64,000 nucleotides of DNA from an uncultured virus (IMG/VR IMGVR_UViG_3300033068_001821). Taxonomy: Duplodnaviria > Heunggongvirae > Uroviricota > Caudoviricetes. Below are positions 49,485 through 59,622 of this stretch, piece by piece (position 1 is the stretch's first letter; every line of letters begins with the position of its first letter). The notes under the pieces are model-generated. The model searched no databases. It was not told where the DNA came from and saw nothing but the letters and a program-made list of their open reading frames with translations. The position numbers and the translations under genes are program-made. The stretch is from IMG/VR virus record IMGVR_UViG_3300033068_001821; one strand, 5' to 3'.

Positions 49485-50552
49485 ATGATAAATAACTATA
49501 ATAAATTTTTATTAAATGAGTCAATGCTTATACTTGAAGCATTTTTAAGTACAGATTCAGACTTTTTGTCTAAATTAGATAGAATGTCAAAACAATCGAA
49601 TACTTCTGCTAGAATTGCTACTTTAATTTTATCAAGAATTTTAGATCAAGAATGGGTTTCTGAACTAGATTTAAAACAAGATTTCTTTAAAACTACAGAT
49701 AAAGAAGATAAAGTTTCATTTGCACAAAAGAATAGAATAAAAGATGGTGTTGATCCATATACAATGTCAGGTAGAACTGAAATTAAAGTTGGTAGAGCAA
49801 TTAAATACATTGCAAATGATTTATATGACTTTACACTGACTGATAAACAAATAGAAGACTTTGTAAATGTTTATAAGTCGACTAGTACAACAGGACCTAA
49901 CTTTCAATTTTATATAGGGGATGATATAAAAAACGGATATAAAGTAAACAAATATGAGTCTCCAAGTGGTAGTTTAGGTAGCTCTTGTATGAATAATAGA
50001 TCATCATACCTTAAAATTTATAGAGAAAATGAAGAGAAAGTTAGATTACTAGTTTTATTAGATGACGAAGGTAAGATTTCTGGAAGAGCTTTAGTTTGGA
50101 AACTAGATAAGTCACCTTGTGAAGCAGAATACTTTATGGATAGAGTTTATACTACTAGAGATTTTGAGGTAAATATATTTATTGAATATGCAGAAAAGAA
50201 TGGTTTTATGTATAAACAAAGAATGACTTGTGGAGACGAAGATGCGGTTAAATTTAGATATAAAGGCAAAGAAGTTTATGGTGAAATACGAGTTAAAGTA
50301 AAAGGTAAGTTTAAAGAGTATCCATATTTAGATACACTAATATATCTAAATAAAGCTAAAGATGAATTATCAAATATTCCTTCTTGGAAATGCTATCAAT
50401 TATGGGACACTGGAGGTGATCGTGAAAGATGTGATGATTGTGATGGTAAATCAAAGAATAAAGATTTATGTTATGGTTGTTCAGAAGGTGCGATGTTATT
50501 AAAATCAAAAGATATAGAAGTAAATGTTGAACGTGGAAGAAATAAGAATTAA
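49485..50552 (+). CDS. Leader-bearing PcfJ-like protein (paralog of 62264-63385)
   Basis: SLGSSCM, GRALVW, MDRVY, YPYLDT. Confidence 0.6.
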   Translation: MINNYNKFLLNESMLILEAFLSTDSDFLSKLDRMSKQSNTSARIATLILSRILDQEWVSELDLKQDFFKTTDKEDKVSFAQKNRIKDGVDPYTMSGRTEIKVGRAIKYIANDLYDFTLTDKQIEDFVNVYKSTSTTGPNFQFYIGDDIKNGYKVNKYESPSGSLGSSCMNNRSSYLKIYRENEEKVRLLVLLDDEGKISGRALVWKLDKSPCEAEYFMDRVYTTRDFEVNIFIEYAEKNGFMYKQRMTCGDEDAVKFRYKGKEVYGEIRVKVKGKFKEYPYLDTLIYLNKAKDELSNIPSWKCYQLWDTGGDRERCDDCDGKSKNKDLCYGCSEGAMLLKSKDIEVNVERGRNKN

Positions 50553-50578
50553 AAAAAGAGACTAAAAAGTCTCTTTTT

Positions 50579-51073
50579 TTATTTTCCTAAATAATTCATT
50601 AGTTCAATCATATTCTTAACCGCAAATCCAAGTGATTCTAAATTTTTAACAGTATCTCTCATATAAGATATATAAGCTTCAATAATTTCTAATGCTCTAT
50701 CATTTTCAGCCAAGTGTCCATCTATTAGAATACCCTTTTCTCCCATATTTGTTTTAACACCAAATCCAGTGGCATAAAATATAAACTTATCTTGTTTTAA
50801 TTTTTTAATCTTGGTCATTTCACGACTTCTTTTATTTAAAAAGAAGTTTATTTGTTCATTCAACATTTGTCGATATGAAAGTGCAATTGCTTGAGTATCT
50901 AATATTGTCTTAGAATTGGCAGGATTAGATAGATCTAAAGATAGTGATTTGAATAAGGGATCAACGTTTTTACTCCATTCTACTCTTTTATCATTAAAGT
51001 ATTCTTCTAATTTATCATTAGTTTCCTTAGCCTTTGTAATTCTATCTATTTCTTCTTGAGTAAATAAAGTCAT
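50579..51073 (-). CDS. UvsY-like recombination mediator
   Basis: Helical 164 aa; C-term LESLGFAVKNMIE resembles the UvsY tail. Confidence 0.55.
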   Translation of the reverse strand: MTLFTQEEIDRITKAKETNDKLEEYFNDKRVEWSKNVDPLFKSLSLDLSNPANSKTILDTQAIALSYRQMLNEQINFFLNKRSREMTKIKKLKQDKFIFYATGFGVKTNMGEKGILIDGHLAENDRALEIIEAYISYMRDTVKNLESLGFAVKNMIELMNYLGK

Positions 51074-51074
51074 A

Positions 51075-51491
51075 TTAAATATTCATTTTTTTTAATTTAT
51101 AATCTCTCAATAAATTTTTTTGAGTTGAGTTTGAGAATACATTATTTATTAAATTCCCAACTTCCTTCTCAAGATCCTTTTGAATATAATCTTCAAATAT
51201 TTCAGTCCATTTATCTACTAAATCTTTATCTTCAACAACAATACTATCAAAGTTAGAAAATATATCAATACATTTATTTCGATTATCAATTGTGATAGAA
51301 AAGTCACTACCATTAAGTGAATAAATACCAGAGTTATTAACTGAATTTTTATCAGCTTCTTCTTTTTCTTTTTCTACATAGACATTTAAGTAGTAATGTC
51401 TATAACCATATTTCATCTTTTTTGATAAAGTAATATCTTTACCATCAATATTAGCAAAAAGATGTGTAAGGAAAAGGTCTAATTCTTTCAT
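51075..51491 (-). CDS. Hypothetical protein with C-terminal RDYKLKKM tail
   Basis: ORF 138 aa. Confidence 0.55.
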   Translation of the reverse strand: MKELDLFLTHLFANIDGKDITLSKKMKYGYRHYYLNVYVEKEKEEADKNSVNNSGIYSLNGSDFSITIDNRNKCIDIFSNFDSIVVEDKDLVDKWTEIFEDYIQKDLEKEVGNLINNVFSNSTQKNLLRDYKLKKMNI

Positions 51492-51599
51492 TCATAAGCT
51501 ATTATTTTTTAATTCCTAAATAAGGAGTCAAACTTTAACTTATATAAAATACTAACATGTTAGTTTAAAAGAAAAAACCTCACTAAGTGAGGTTTTTAT

Positions 51600-52247
51600 T
51601 TACTTTTTAATGTGACTCATAAAGTTATCTATGTGTGACATTGGATTATCAAATTGATCATCAAGACTGTGTTCAGAACCTTCTGGGTTATCGTGTCCTG
51701 CAATAAAGTTAAATACTTCTTCAATATCATCTTTAGAAGATGAAATATGATCAGAAGCCCAATCATGCTCAGTTAACATAGCATCAATCTCATCTTGATC
51801 CATCTCTAATAATCTATCAACTAATCTTTTAATAGTTGCTAAATTAGAGAAGAACATATAATTACCTTCTTCTTGGTGCTCTTTAACTGATTTAAGTTTA
51901 CTTAAAGTTTTAGCTAATTCTAATCTTCTTTTTTTAGTAGCATCTTTTTTACCTAATTGAGTACCAGGTTTATCTTTATCTTTATCTTTTTTCTTTAATT
52001 TACTTAATTCTGATTCAATTTCAGATTTAGAAATTTTCTCATCTTTACCTTTATGTAAAGATCTTTTTAATGCACCTGGATGTTTAATAGCATCTTGAAT
52101 CCACTTCTTTTTCTCATTAAATTCCTCATCAGTTTCATTATCAAATGGAGTACATTCTTCATTCTCACAAGAACACATTTCAAATGGTTCATTACAAGAA
52201 GGACAACATTCCTCTTCTCTATTGAAATTTTCAAACTTCTTAATCAT
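51600..52247 (-). CDS. Leader-bearing multi-segment protein
   Basis: MIKKFENF; Cys cluster; KWIQDAIKHPGAL..LAKTL basic module. Confidence 0.6.
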   Translation of the reverse strand: MIKKFENFNREEECCPSCNEPFEMCSCENEECTPFDNETDEEFNEKKKWIQDAIKHPGALKRSLHKGKDEKISKSEIESELSKLKKKDKDKDKPGTQLGKKDATKKRRLELAKTLSKLKSVKEHQEEGNYMFFSNLATIKRLVDRLLEMDQDEIDAMLTEHDWASDHISSSKDDIEEVFNFIAGHDNPEGSEHSLDDQFDNPMSHIDNFMSHIKK

Positions 52248-52277
52248 AACTTTTAATTATTTTTATAATACTATATA

Positions 52278-53183
52278 TTAAAGTTTTTTATCAAATAAAT
52301 ACAAATCGAACTCTTTATTACCTTTAACATTTTTAATACTTTTTAATACCTCTCCAGTAATAGAGTCTAATACTTTAAACACACCTAAATTATTCTGTTT
52401 ATCTGTTAAAACTCTAACTGTATTACCCGGTTGACCCAATGCACCCAATACTGCAATATATTTATTACCGTAAATACTTTTTAAGAAAGATAATCTTAAA
52501 CCAGCCATATCCTTATTATTGTTTACATAAGCATTTTCAAATGGTTTCATTAAATCTAATTTAGATTGTTCAGTTTCTTTAACTTGAATAGAAGCAAAAG
52601 TTTTATCTTTTTCACCGATAGTAACCTCTTCTCTATTTTGAATCTTATTTTGATTTACAAGTGCTTGTTGATTTCTTCTAATTTCATTGAAATCAGCTCT
52701 AACAACAATACCACCTCTCATACCTTTATCATTCATATTATAACCTGCTGGAGGCAATCTATAGAACGATCCAGTGAAAGTCATAGAAAGTATTCGATCT
52801 GTTCTAAAAAGTCTCCAAATCTTATTTATATGTCTTCTTTGAGAAATTGAATATCCGTTAAGATGCCAACCTCTAAGTAACATTTTTCCTTGTGAAGAAC
52901 GACCTAAAACCATTCCATAAATTACTCTCTCATGTCCAGCAAAATGTTTATCTTTATCACCTTTATAGTTAATTAACATTATCATACCGTATCTTATACA
53001 TTTTGACATCACCTCATCAGAGTATTTAATAGGTTGGTTGATTGGAATGTTAGCAATGTCCTTAACATTTTTTAAACTAAAACGTGGAATATATTCTAAG
53101 TCTTCAATTAAATTATAATGTTCCTTAATAACATACTCAACTGGTTTTTTATTATAATAGTCTCTAGCTTGACTTAAATTCAT
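52278..53183 (-). CDS. WYL-like domain protein
   Basis: ERVIYGMVLG..LLRGW..WRLFRTDRI. Confidence 0.5.
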   Translation of the reverse strand: MNLSQARDYYNKKPVEYVIKEHYNLIEDLEYIPRFSLKNVKDIANIPINQPIKYSDEVMSKCIRYGMIMLINYKGDKDKHFAGHERVIYGMVLGRSSQGKMLLRGWHLNGYSISQRRHINKIWRLFRTDRILSMTFTGSFYRLPPAGYNMNDKGMRGGIVVRADFNEIRRNQQALVNQNKIQNREEVTIGEKDKTFASIQVKETEQSKLDLMKPFENAYVNNNKDMAGLRLSFLKSIYGNKYIAVLGALGQPGNTVRVLTDKQNNLGVFKVLDSITGEVLKSIKNVKGNKEFDLYLFDKKL

Positions 53184-53964
53184 ATTCGTTAAGACTTGAT
53201 TTTTTTGAATTTATATATTTTTTAGTAATACATAGATTTGATATATCTGATATTATTTTCATATCTATATTATTTACATAACCATATAAAACAGATACTT
53301 TATGATCAATTGTTGGATAACATCTATCATTTTTAGATAATGAAAAATTATTTATTATATTTTCATTATCATAATAGTCAATACCATCCCATTTTTCTAT
53401 TAATAAATTTTTGACTTTGTTTGTCAAAGTTATTACTTTTCTTCTATATGTTGAATAAGAACCATCAGACGACCATCTACCATTATTTATATTTAAAAAT
53501 CTTATTTTATCTATTATAGAGTCTAGTTGAAATATGTTATCAACACCATAGTTTTCTCTAACAGTTAATTTGGACTTATCTCTAATTTTTTTTGATGAAA
53601 ATGGTGACTTACCACCATATTTAATGATATTTGTTTGGTTTCTTTTTTCTTTAATATTATCTAGTTGCATTGTATAATCGACACCATATTTTAATCTAAC
53701 AGTATCAATTTTTTTTAAATGACCACAATCACTACAGGAATACTTATTTACTATCTTTGTCTGTACTAAATAATTTTTATATGTTGATTTTTTAATATTA
53801 TTACAGTAACAACATTTAACATTGATATATACATTACTACCAATACTTAAATCGTTTACTTTAATCACTTTGGTCAATCCACTTTTAACATCATACCCTA
53901 AATTTTTATAGTATTTTAAGTTTGATGGTGATATTCTAATTTCTACTTCCTTATCTATAATCAT
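53164..53964 (-). CDS. HNH-like homing endonuclease
   Basis: CCYC..CSDC, KYGVD repeats, YPTIDHK..NLCITKKYINSKK. Confidence 0.7.
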   Translation of the reverse strand: MIIDKEVEIRISPSNLKYYKNLGYDVKSGLTKVIKVNDLSIGSNVYINVKCCYCNNIKKSTYKNYLVQTKIVNKYSCSDCGHLKKIDTVRLKYGVDYTMQLDNIKEKRNQTNIIKYGGKSPFSSKKIRDKSKLTVRENYGVDNIFQLDSIIDKIRFLNINNGRWSSDGSYSTYRRKVITLTNKVKNLLIEKWDGIDYYDNENIINNFSLSKNDRCYPTIDHKVSVLYGYVNNIDMKIISDISNLCITKKYINSKKSSLNEYEFKSS

Positions 53965-54053
53965 AAACTATATATTAAATATAGAATTCCTAAAAACAAA
54001 AAAGAGAAACATTTCTGTTTCTCTTTTTGGACTAAATACATAAGTCTTTTTGA

Positions 54054-54242
54054 TTACTTAACTACTTCAGTAGTTTTAGTTGTATCTGCAACTTTAGTAG
54101 TGTCAACGGCAGAAGTGTCAACTTTAGTTGTGTCAACCGCAGTTGAGTCAACAGTTGTTGTAGTTTCTACAGTTTCAGTTTTTTTGCAAGATGTTAAAGA
54201 AATTGCAGCTACGGCCATTACAGCGAATAATACTTTTTTCAT
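54054..54242 (-). CDS. Small lipoprotein with VDT/S repeats
   Basis: Lipobox SLTS-C followed by KKTETVE; repeats VDSTA VDTTK VDTSA VDTTK. Confidence 0.75.
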   Translation of the reverse strand: MKKVLFAVMAVAAISLTSCKKTETVETTTTVDSTAVDTTKVDTSAVDTTKVADTTKTTEVVK

Positions 54243-54335
54243 AATTTTTAGTTTTTTTAATTTTTACATGATTATATATCAAAAATAATACACTTTGTTT
54301 TTAAAAAAGTGAAATAATTTTTTAATATATAGTTA

Positions 54336-54737
54336 ATGATTAAAAGTTATAATCAATTTTTGAATGAAAGTGTTATACAAGACAATTTAACCAATAAATT
54401 GTTATCAATTTCAGGTAAGGAGGTTAAATTAGGTAGAGACACAGAACAAGAAATAAAAAGAATGTTAAATGACGGTAGATTATTTAGTGAAGAAATAATT
54501 TATTTACCTGGACAACCAAACAGATGTCATGCAAACGTTGCAGATAGAAGTAAAAGAACTAAAGGGTTTAACATAGTATCTGGATATGCACTTTTTGATG
54601 ATATTTGGGTTTGTCACTCTTGGGGTTATAATAAACATAAGAAATGTATATTTGAAACAACAAAGAACAAATATACTAAATATTATGGTTATGAATTAAA
54701 TAAAGTAGAAACAGAAACTTTCTGTGATGAAAATTAA
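54336..54737 (+). CDS. Leader-bearing protein with Cys/His (papain/transglutaminase-like) motif
   Basis: MIKSYNQFLNES; RCHAN..GYAL..HSW. Confidence 0.55.
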   Translation: MIKSYNQFLNESVIQDNLTNKLLSISGKEVKLGRDTEQEIKRMLNDGRLFSEEIIYLPGQPNRCHANVADRSKRTKGFNIVSGYALFDDIWVCHSWGYNKHKKCIFETTKNKYTKYYGYELNKVETETFCDEN

Positions 54738-54746
54738 AAAGTAAAT

Positions 54747-55475
54747 ATGTCAATTAGTAGTAGAGAAGATGCAAATAAGTATTATCAAGTAGTCAATAAA
54801 CTTGTTGATGAATATATTGATAAATGGAAGATTAAACCGACAAACCTTAAAAGGTATTTAAAAGTTGGATCTGACAAATTTGAAAAATTCATTGAGAGAA
54901 ATGGATTAAAAGATGTCAATGGGATCAAACAAGTTATAAGTGATATTATTGAAGATAGAGTTCATATGGAAACTGATGGAGTTCTAACATTTGAAAGTTT
55001 TAAAGTATTTGAATCAGATGAATTTAAAATTACTTCACTTATTCAATGTCTTTATAAGGGCATAGGAAAAACTGACATCAAAACAGAGAAATTTTTAGCA
55101 GATCATTTTGATGCAAATTTAAGCCAAATAGATATTATTGATTCTGATAAACATATGTTTAAAATAAATAATTGGGGAAATGAAGATATTTTAGCAATTG
55201 TTTATAATAAAGATGAATTTGATATAATAAAAGAAAACATTAAAGAATATTTATTAGATGAGTTACTAAAAAAAGATATTGATTTAATCGTAGGTGTTTC
55301 GGTCAAATTAGAGGGTCTAATCAATAAAGAAAAGTTTGAAACAGAAATAGAATCTAAACTAAGTGATAAAGTAATAACAGACTTAATAAATGATTCACTT
55401 GAAAGTAACTATTCTAAGTTTAACTTTGAAAAGACAGATAACTATTATTTATGGAGTTATAATAAAGGAGAGTAA
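54747..55475 (+). CDS. Hypothetical protein with internal leader-like motif
   Basis: VLTFESFKVFES. Confidence 0.55.
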   Translation: MSISSREDANKYYQVVNKLVDEYIDKWKIKPTNLKRYLKVGSDKFEKFIERNGLKDVNGIKQVISDIIEDRVHMETDGVLTFESFKVFESDEFKITSLIQCLYKGIGKTDIKTEKFLADHFDANLSQIDIIDSDKHMFKINNWGNEDILAIVYNKDEFDIIKENIKEYLLDELLKKDIDLIVGVSVKLEGLINKEKFETEIESKLSDKVITDLINDSLESNYSKFNFEKTDNYYLWSYNKGE

Positions 55476-55539
55476 ATTACTCTCTTTTTTCTTTTATGAG
55501 AATTTTATTTTAATATATACATAAAAACATTATTTATAT

Positions 55540-56547
55540 ATGTCATTTATATACACTTATGGTACAAGTAGTCTTTACGAATCAAAACGTTATGATACAG
55601 TACAAGATTTATTAAACCAGTTACAAGATAATAATGCTAATTTAATATATGCAAATCACGTTAGAGATGCAGTTTTTTCTCTTTGGGAAAGAGTTAGTGA
55701 TGTTGAAATAATAGCAGCTTCTGCCTCAGCAATATCACCTTATTTTCAAAATTCAAATCCAACAACAGTTGGAGTTGGTGGAATAACACTAGGAACGACT
55801 TTTTCAACACAACAAACTGTTCAACAAATGCTCGATCGTATGTTGTATCCATATGTACAACCAACATTAGTATTATCAGCAACACATTCATCACCTTTAT
55901 CAAATAAAGAATATGGTTCTAACCCAAACAGTACTGCTTATTGGGGTGTTACTAAAGGTTCTGATCAAATTCAAACAATAACAGTTGATGGACAAGTATT
56001 TATTGCAAATGGTGGTAATCAAACTGGTTCTAAAACAATTGTAGGTTCATATAGTACGATAGCGGCATCGACATATAATTCATTTCAAATGACAGTTAAT
56101 GATGGATTTACAAACTACACAATTAGTGCAGAGTATGAATGGATGAATAGACTATATTGGGGGACTTTAGATCTTTCTGGTCTAGATTATCCTGACTTTA
56201 CATTAGATCCTAGTTTGTTAGCAACAGTAACTATAAATAGTTCAACTATTTTAGGATTGGACAACTCAAAACTATTTAAAGGTTTCGATGATACAAGTAG
56301 TTTAGAATCATTTGATTTATTAGCAGGTGGTAATTATCTAGTATTTGCATGGTCAAGTTTTATACCATATGCAACCACACCAAGATTTTATGTAAATGGT
56401 GTAAGAAGTACTGCATTTAGTAATATTAAGACAGGTTGGAATTTTACCAATGTATATGGTGTAACATCAACTTATGAAGTTTGGATTTCAAACACCCCAC
56501 AATACTCTGAATTAGAAATTGATTTAAAATTCGTACCAAACATATAA
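55540..56547 (+). CDS. Putative virion structural protein (beta-rich)
   Basis: S/T/G-rich; MLYPYVQP and YWG motifs; late motif at 55511. Confidence 0.55.
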   Translation: MSFIYTYGTSSLYESKRYDTVQDLLNQLQDNNANLIYANHVRDAVFSLWERVSDVEIIAASASAISPYFQNSNPTTVGVGGITLGTTFSTQQTVQQMLDRMLYPYVQPTLVLSATHSSPLSNKEYGSNPNSTAYWGVTKGSDQIQTITVDGQVFIANGGNQTGSKTIVGSYSTIAASTYNSFQMTVNDGFTNYTISAEYEWMNRLYWGTLDLSGLDYPDFTLDPSLLATVTINSSTILGLDNSKLFKGFDDTSSLESFDLLAGGNYLVFAWSSFIPYATTPRFYVNGVRSTAFSNIKTGWNFTNVYGVTSTYEVWISNTPQYSELEIDLKFVPNI

Positions 56548-56565
56548 TAAAAAATAAATTAAAAA

Positions 56566-58143
56566 ATGTCACAAAATATAGGAACTTTAGTATCAGCCGC
56601 AATTCGTCCAAACGATTCATTTGATCCGATTGCAACCGCATATGGAAATGAAATAAAAGGTGGTGTACATTCTTATGAAACACTTGGAGAAGTGTATTCA
56701 ATTATAACTGCACGAAGAGAGTGGGGTATGTTAGCAACTGTTTATAATGACGGTACTGATAATGGAACATATAAACTTAAATATGATTATGTTAATACTG
56801 ACATAACTGACAATTCAAATTGGGTTAAAACCTCGATTGATACAAAACCAACTACTGAGTGGGTTGACTCTGTTATATCAATACTACTAACTGAACCACT
56901 TTTAGAACCTAATCTAGGTGATAGATATTTACTTGGTACAACTTCAAGTGTATCACCATTTGGGATTCAATGGGATAATATTGATGCAACAACTATTGTA
57001 GAGTATAATATTGTAGGAACATGGGATATTACTTATCCAACTAATGGAATGACTGTTAGAGATGATTCTAATAATAATGTAATGTATAAGTATCATGGAA
57101 CATTCCCTAATGGTGAATGGAAACTAGAAAGAATAACTAATGTTTTTTATATCGAACCTAGTAGTGCAAACGGAATAACATATTCAACTACAACTGATCC
57201 AGTATTTACATCTTATACAAATGATTTAATATTTCTAACTAAGTTCTTTACACCAAATGTTGGTAGTGCCTCATTAAATATAAATGGATTGGGTTATAAA
57301 CAAATTAAAATTGCAACAACTGCAGGTTTAAGAGATCTAATATTAGGTGATATTGATACAACTGCAATTTATAGTTTGTCTTATAATGGAACATACTTCC
57401 AACTAACTAAACCATTTCCATCCGATGCACACAATATAGAGTTCTACATCTCAGCAACAGAAACAATGACTGTTGGTGATTCTGAGCAATATTGGGTTTA
57501 TGGGGATTTAACAATTGCAGGAACTATGATAAATTATGGTAAAGTAATTGTTGCAAATGGTGCGGTTATATTAGAAGGTTCTGGAGCATTAAATAATCAA
57601 GGCGATGGTGAACTTATTTTAGTTGACTTATTTAACACACCTACTTTTAACACAACATCAACTATTCAAATGTCATCAGAAATGACAGTAAACGGTCCAT
57701 CAGTATCTGCAGTAATTGTGAATAATAGTATAACAACTAATTTATTAGACTCAATTAATGTTGCAACTGCGGGTTATGTTCTATCAAATGATGGTAGTGG
57801 ATCTTTTGAATGGACTAATAGTCCAACTGGATATAGAAGTTATGTTGCACTAATGGATCAATCAGGTACATCTGAACCAATTGTAACAAATACTATAATC
57901 AATCAAATTGGCTCTATGACATTCTCATATTTCTCAACTGGTGTTTATAAAATTTATTCAACTGGTTTATTTACATCAAATAAAACAACGGTTACATTAT
58001 CTAGTGGTAGTACTTATGCAGGACAAATTGCAGGTGCGTATGTAAATAGTGATAGTGAGATTACTTTAAATACATCACTTGGTGCTTCTTATAGTGATGA
58101 TGCAATGACTAATAACCTTTTAGAAATAAGAGTTTATAATTAA
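56566..58143 (+). CDS. Putative tail fiber/decoration-type structural protein
   Basis: Modular beta-rich protein; GDRYLL..W segment; GYVLSNDGSGSFEW; ends LEIRVY. Confidence 0.6.
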   Translation: MSQNIGTLVSAAIRPNDSFDPIATAYGNEIKGGVHSYETLGEVYSIITARREWGMLATVYNDGTDNGTYKLKYDYVNTDITDNSNWVKTSIDTKPTTEWVDSVISILLTEPLLEPNLGDRYLLGTTSSVSPFGIQWDNIDATTIVEYNIVGTWDITYPTNGMTVRDDSNNNVMYKYHGTFPNGEWKLERITNVFYIEPSSANGITYSTTTDPVFTSYTNDLIFLTKFFTPNVGSASLNINGLGYKQIKIATTAGLRDLILGDIDTTAIYSLSYNGTYFQLTKPFPSDAHNIEFYISATETMTVGDSEQYWVYGDLTIAGTMINYGKVIVANGAVILEGSGALNNQGDGELILVDLFNTPTFNTTSTIQMSSEMTVNGPSVSAVIVNNSITTNLLDSINVATAGYVLSNDGSGSFEWTNSPTGYRSYVALMDQSGTSEPIVTNTIINQIGSMTFSYFSTGVYKIYSTGLFTSNKTTVTLSSGSTYAGQIAGAYVNSDSEITLNTSLGASYSDDAMTNNLLEIRVYN

Positions 58144-58153
58144 TATATAGTAT

Positions 58154-58903
58154 ATGAAGAAGATAAATAAATATTTTGAATTTGTACAAGCTGATTTTGA
58201 ACCAGTAAAATCATTTCACTTAAAAGATGAATTGAACCCTAAAATATGGACTGATTTTGAAATTGATGAGGAAGTAAGAGAAGATCTATTAAGAATCGCA
58301 CAAGATTTCTACAATTCTACTACATTAGAAGCAGATGTTAAAGATGTTGTTTTAACAGGTTCACTATCAAACTATAACTGGTCTGAAAAGTACTCTGATT
58401 ATGACTTACATATTCTAATAGACTTTACCGAGGTAAATGAAGATATAGAATTAGTTAAAAAGTATGTAGATGCGGCAAAAAACAACTTTAATAAAGAACA
58501 TGATATTCATATCAAAGGTTATGAGGTAGAAGTTTATATACAAGATATTTCTGAAGATCATAAGGCAAGTGGAATGTTCTCACTATTGAACAATAAATGG
58601 TTGGTTAAACCGGAAAAAGTTGACTTTGAACCAGATGATGAACAAATCAGAGAAAAAGGTAAATCAGTAATGATGCTAATTGATGATTTAGAAAGTGAAG
58701 TAGATGAGGATAAATACGAACAATTTAGTGAAAAGATTAAAAAGGTTTGGGAGAAAATAAAAAACTATAGAAAAAGTGGATTAGATAGTGAAGGTGGTGA
58801 ATTTTCACTAGGCAATTTAGTATTTAAACTACTAAGAAGAAATGGGTATATTGAAAAAGTTATGAAACTTAAAAGATATGCTTATGATAAACAATTTGAA
58901 TAA
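58154..58903 (+). CDS. Leader-bearing nucleotidyltransferase (pol beta superfamily)
   Basis: LTGSLSNYNW..SDYDLH, EVEVY; GEFSLGNLVFKLLR. Confidence 0.75.
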   Translation: MKKINKYFEFVQADFEPVKSFHLKDELNPKIWTDFEIDEEVREDLLRIAQDFYNSTTLEADVKDVVLTGSLSNYNWSEKYSDYDLHILIDFTEVNEDIELVKKYVDAAKNNFNKEHDIHIKGYEVEVYIQDISEDHKASGMFSLLNNKWLVKPEKVDFEPDDEQIREKGKSVMMLIDDLESEVDEDKYEQFSEKIKKVWEKIKNYRKSGLDSEGGEFSLGNLVFKLLRRNGYIEKVMKLKRYAYDKQFE

Positions 58904-58905
58904 TT

Positions 58906-59610
58906 ATGAACATTAGAATAGAAGAAATAGAAGAAGCATTTAAAGAAATCTTCAACGAAGAAGATGGAGTTGTTACATCAATTGATACAGTTTATGAAAT
59001 GTCCGATAATGAGGAATTTTTAAAACTTGTAATATGTTTACATGGTTTATCAACCGAGGATATATCTATTATACATACTAAATTTATATTTAAAACAGAC
59101 TTACATAAAAGAAACATTATCGATAATTCATTCTTGTATTTATATGATATAAACTGTGTTTATCATAAAATGGAATTTACTAATGTTGTTGATATGAAAA
59201 AGAAGATTGATGATATTATAGAGTCTAATAACTTTGGAGAAGATATACAAATTCTTTCCGACTTTATTGAAGCACCTGCAATGTTCTTAAACTATTATAT
59301 GAAAAGAGCTAAAATTACAGAATACTCAGTTTTTGAAGTTGAATATGAACCTAAATTTAAAATGGTTTCTTGTGATAAAACTACATTTGACTTTAAAATG
59401 AATATCAATAATAGTTATGATATTGAATTATCAATACACAAAATTGATAAAGATTTAACAGAAGATCCAGATGATGTAGATAAATATAAATTCCAGTTTA
59501 GATTCATGGATGAAATTGAGACTGTTGAAATTGATAGTATCAAAAATATACACTATATAATTGGATCAAATATTGCCAAATTATTAGATAGAAAATTAAA
59601 AAATCAATAA
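58906..59610 (+). CDS. Hypothetical protein
   Basis: ORF 234 aa. Confidence 0.6.
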   Translation: MNIRIEEIEEAFKEIFNEEDGVVTSIDTVYEMSDNEEFLKLVICLHGLSTEDISIIHTKFIFKTDLHKRNIIDNSFLYLYDINCVYHKMEFTNVVDMKKKIDDIIESNNFGEDIQILSDFIEAPAMFLNYYMKRAKITEYSVFEVEYEPKFKMVSCDKTTFDFKMNINNSYDIELSIHKIDKDLTEDPDDVDKYKFQFRFMDEIETVEIDSIKNIHYIIGSNIAKLLDRKLKNQ

Positions 59611-59622
59611 AAAAAGAGAGTT

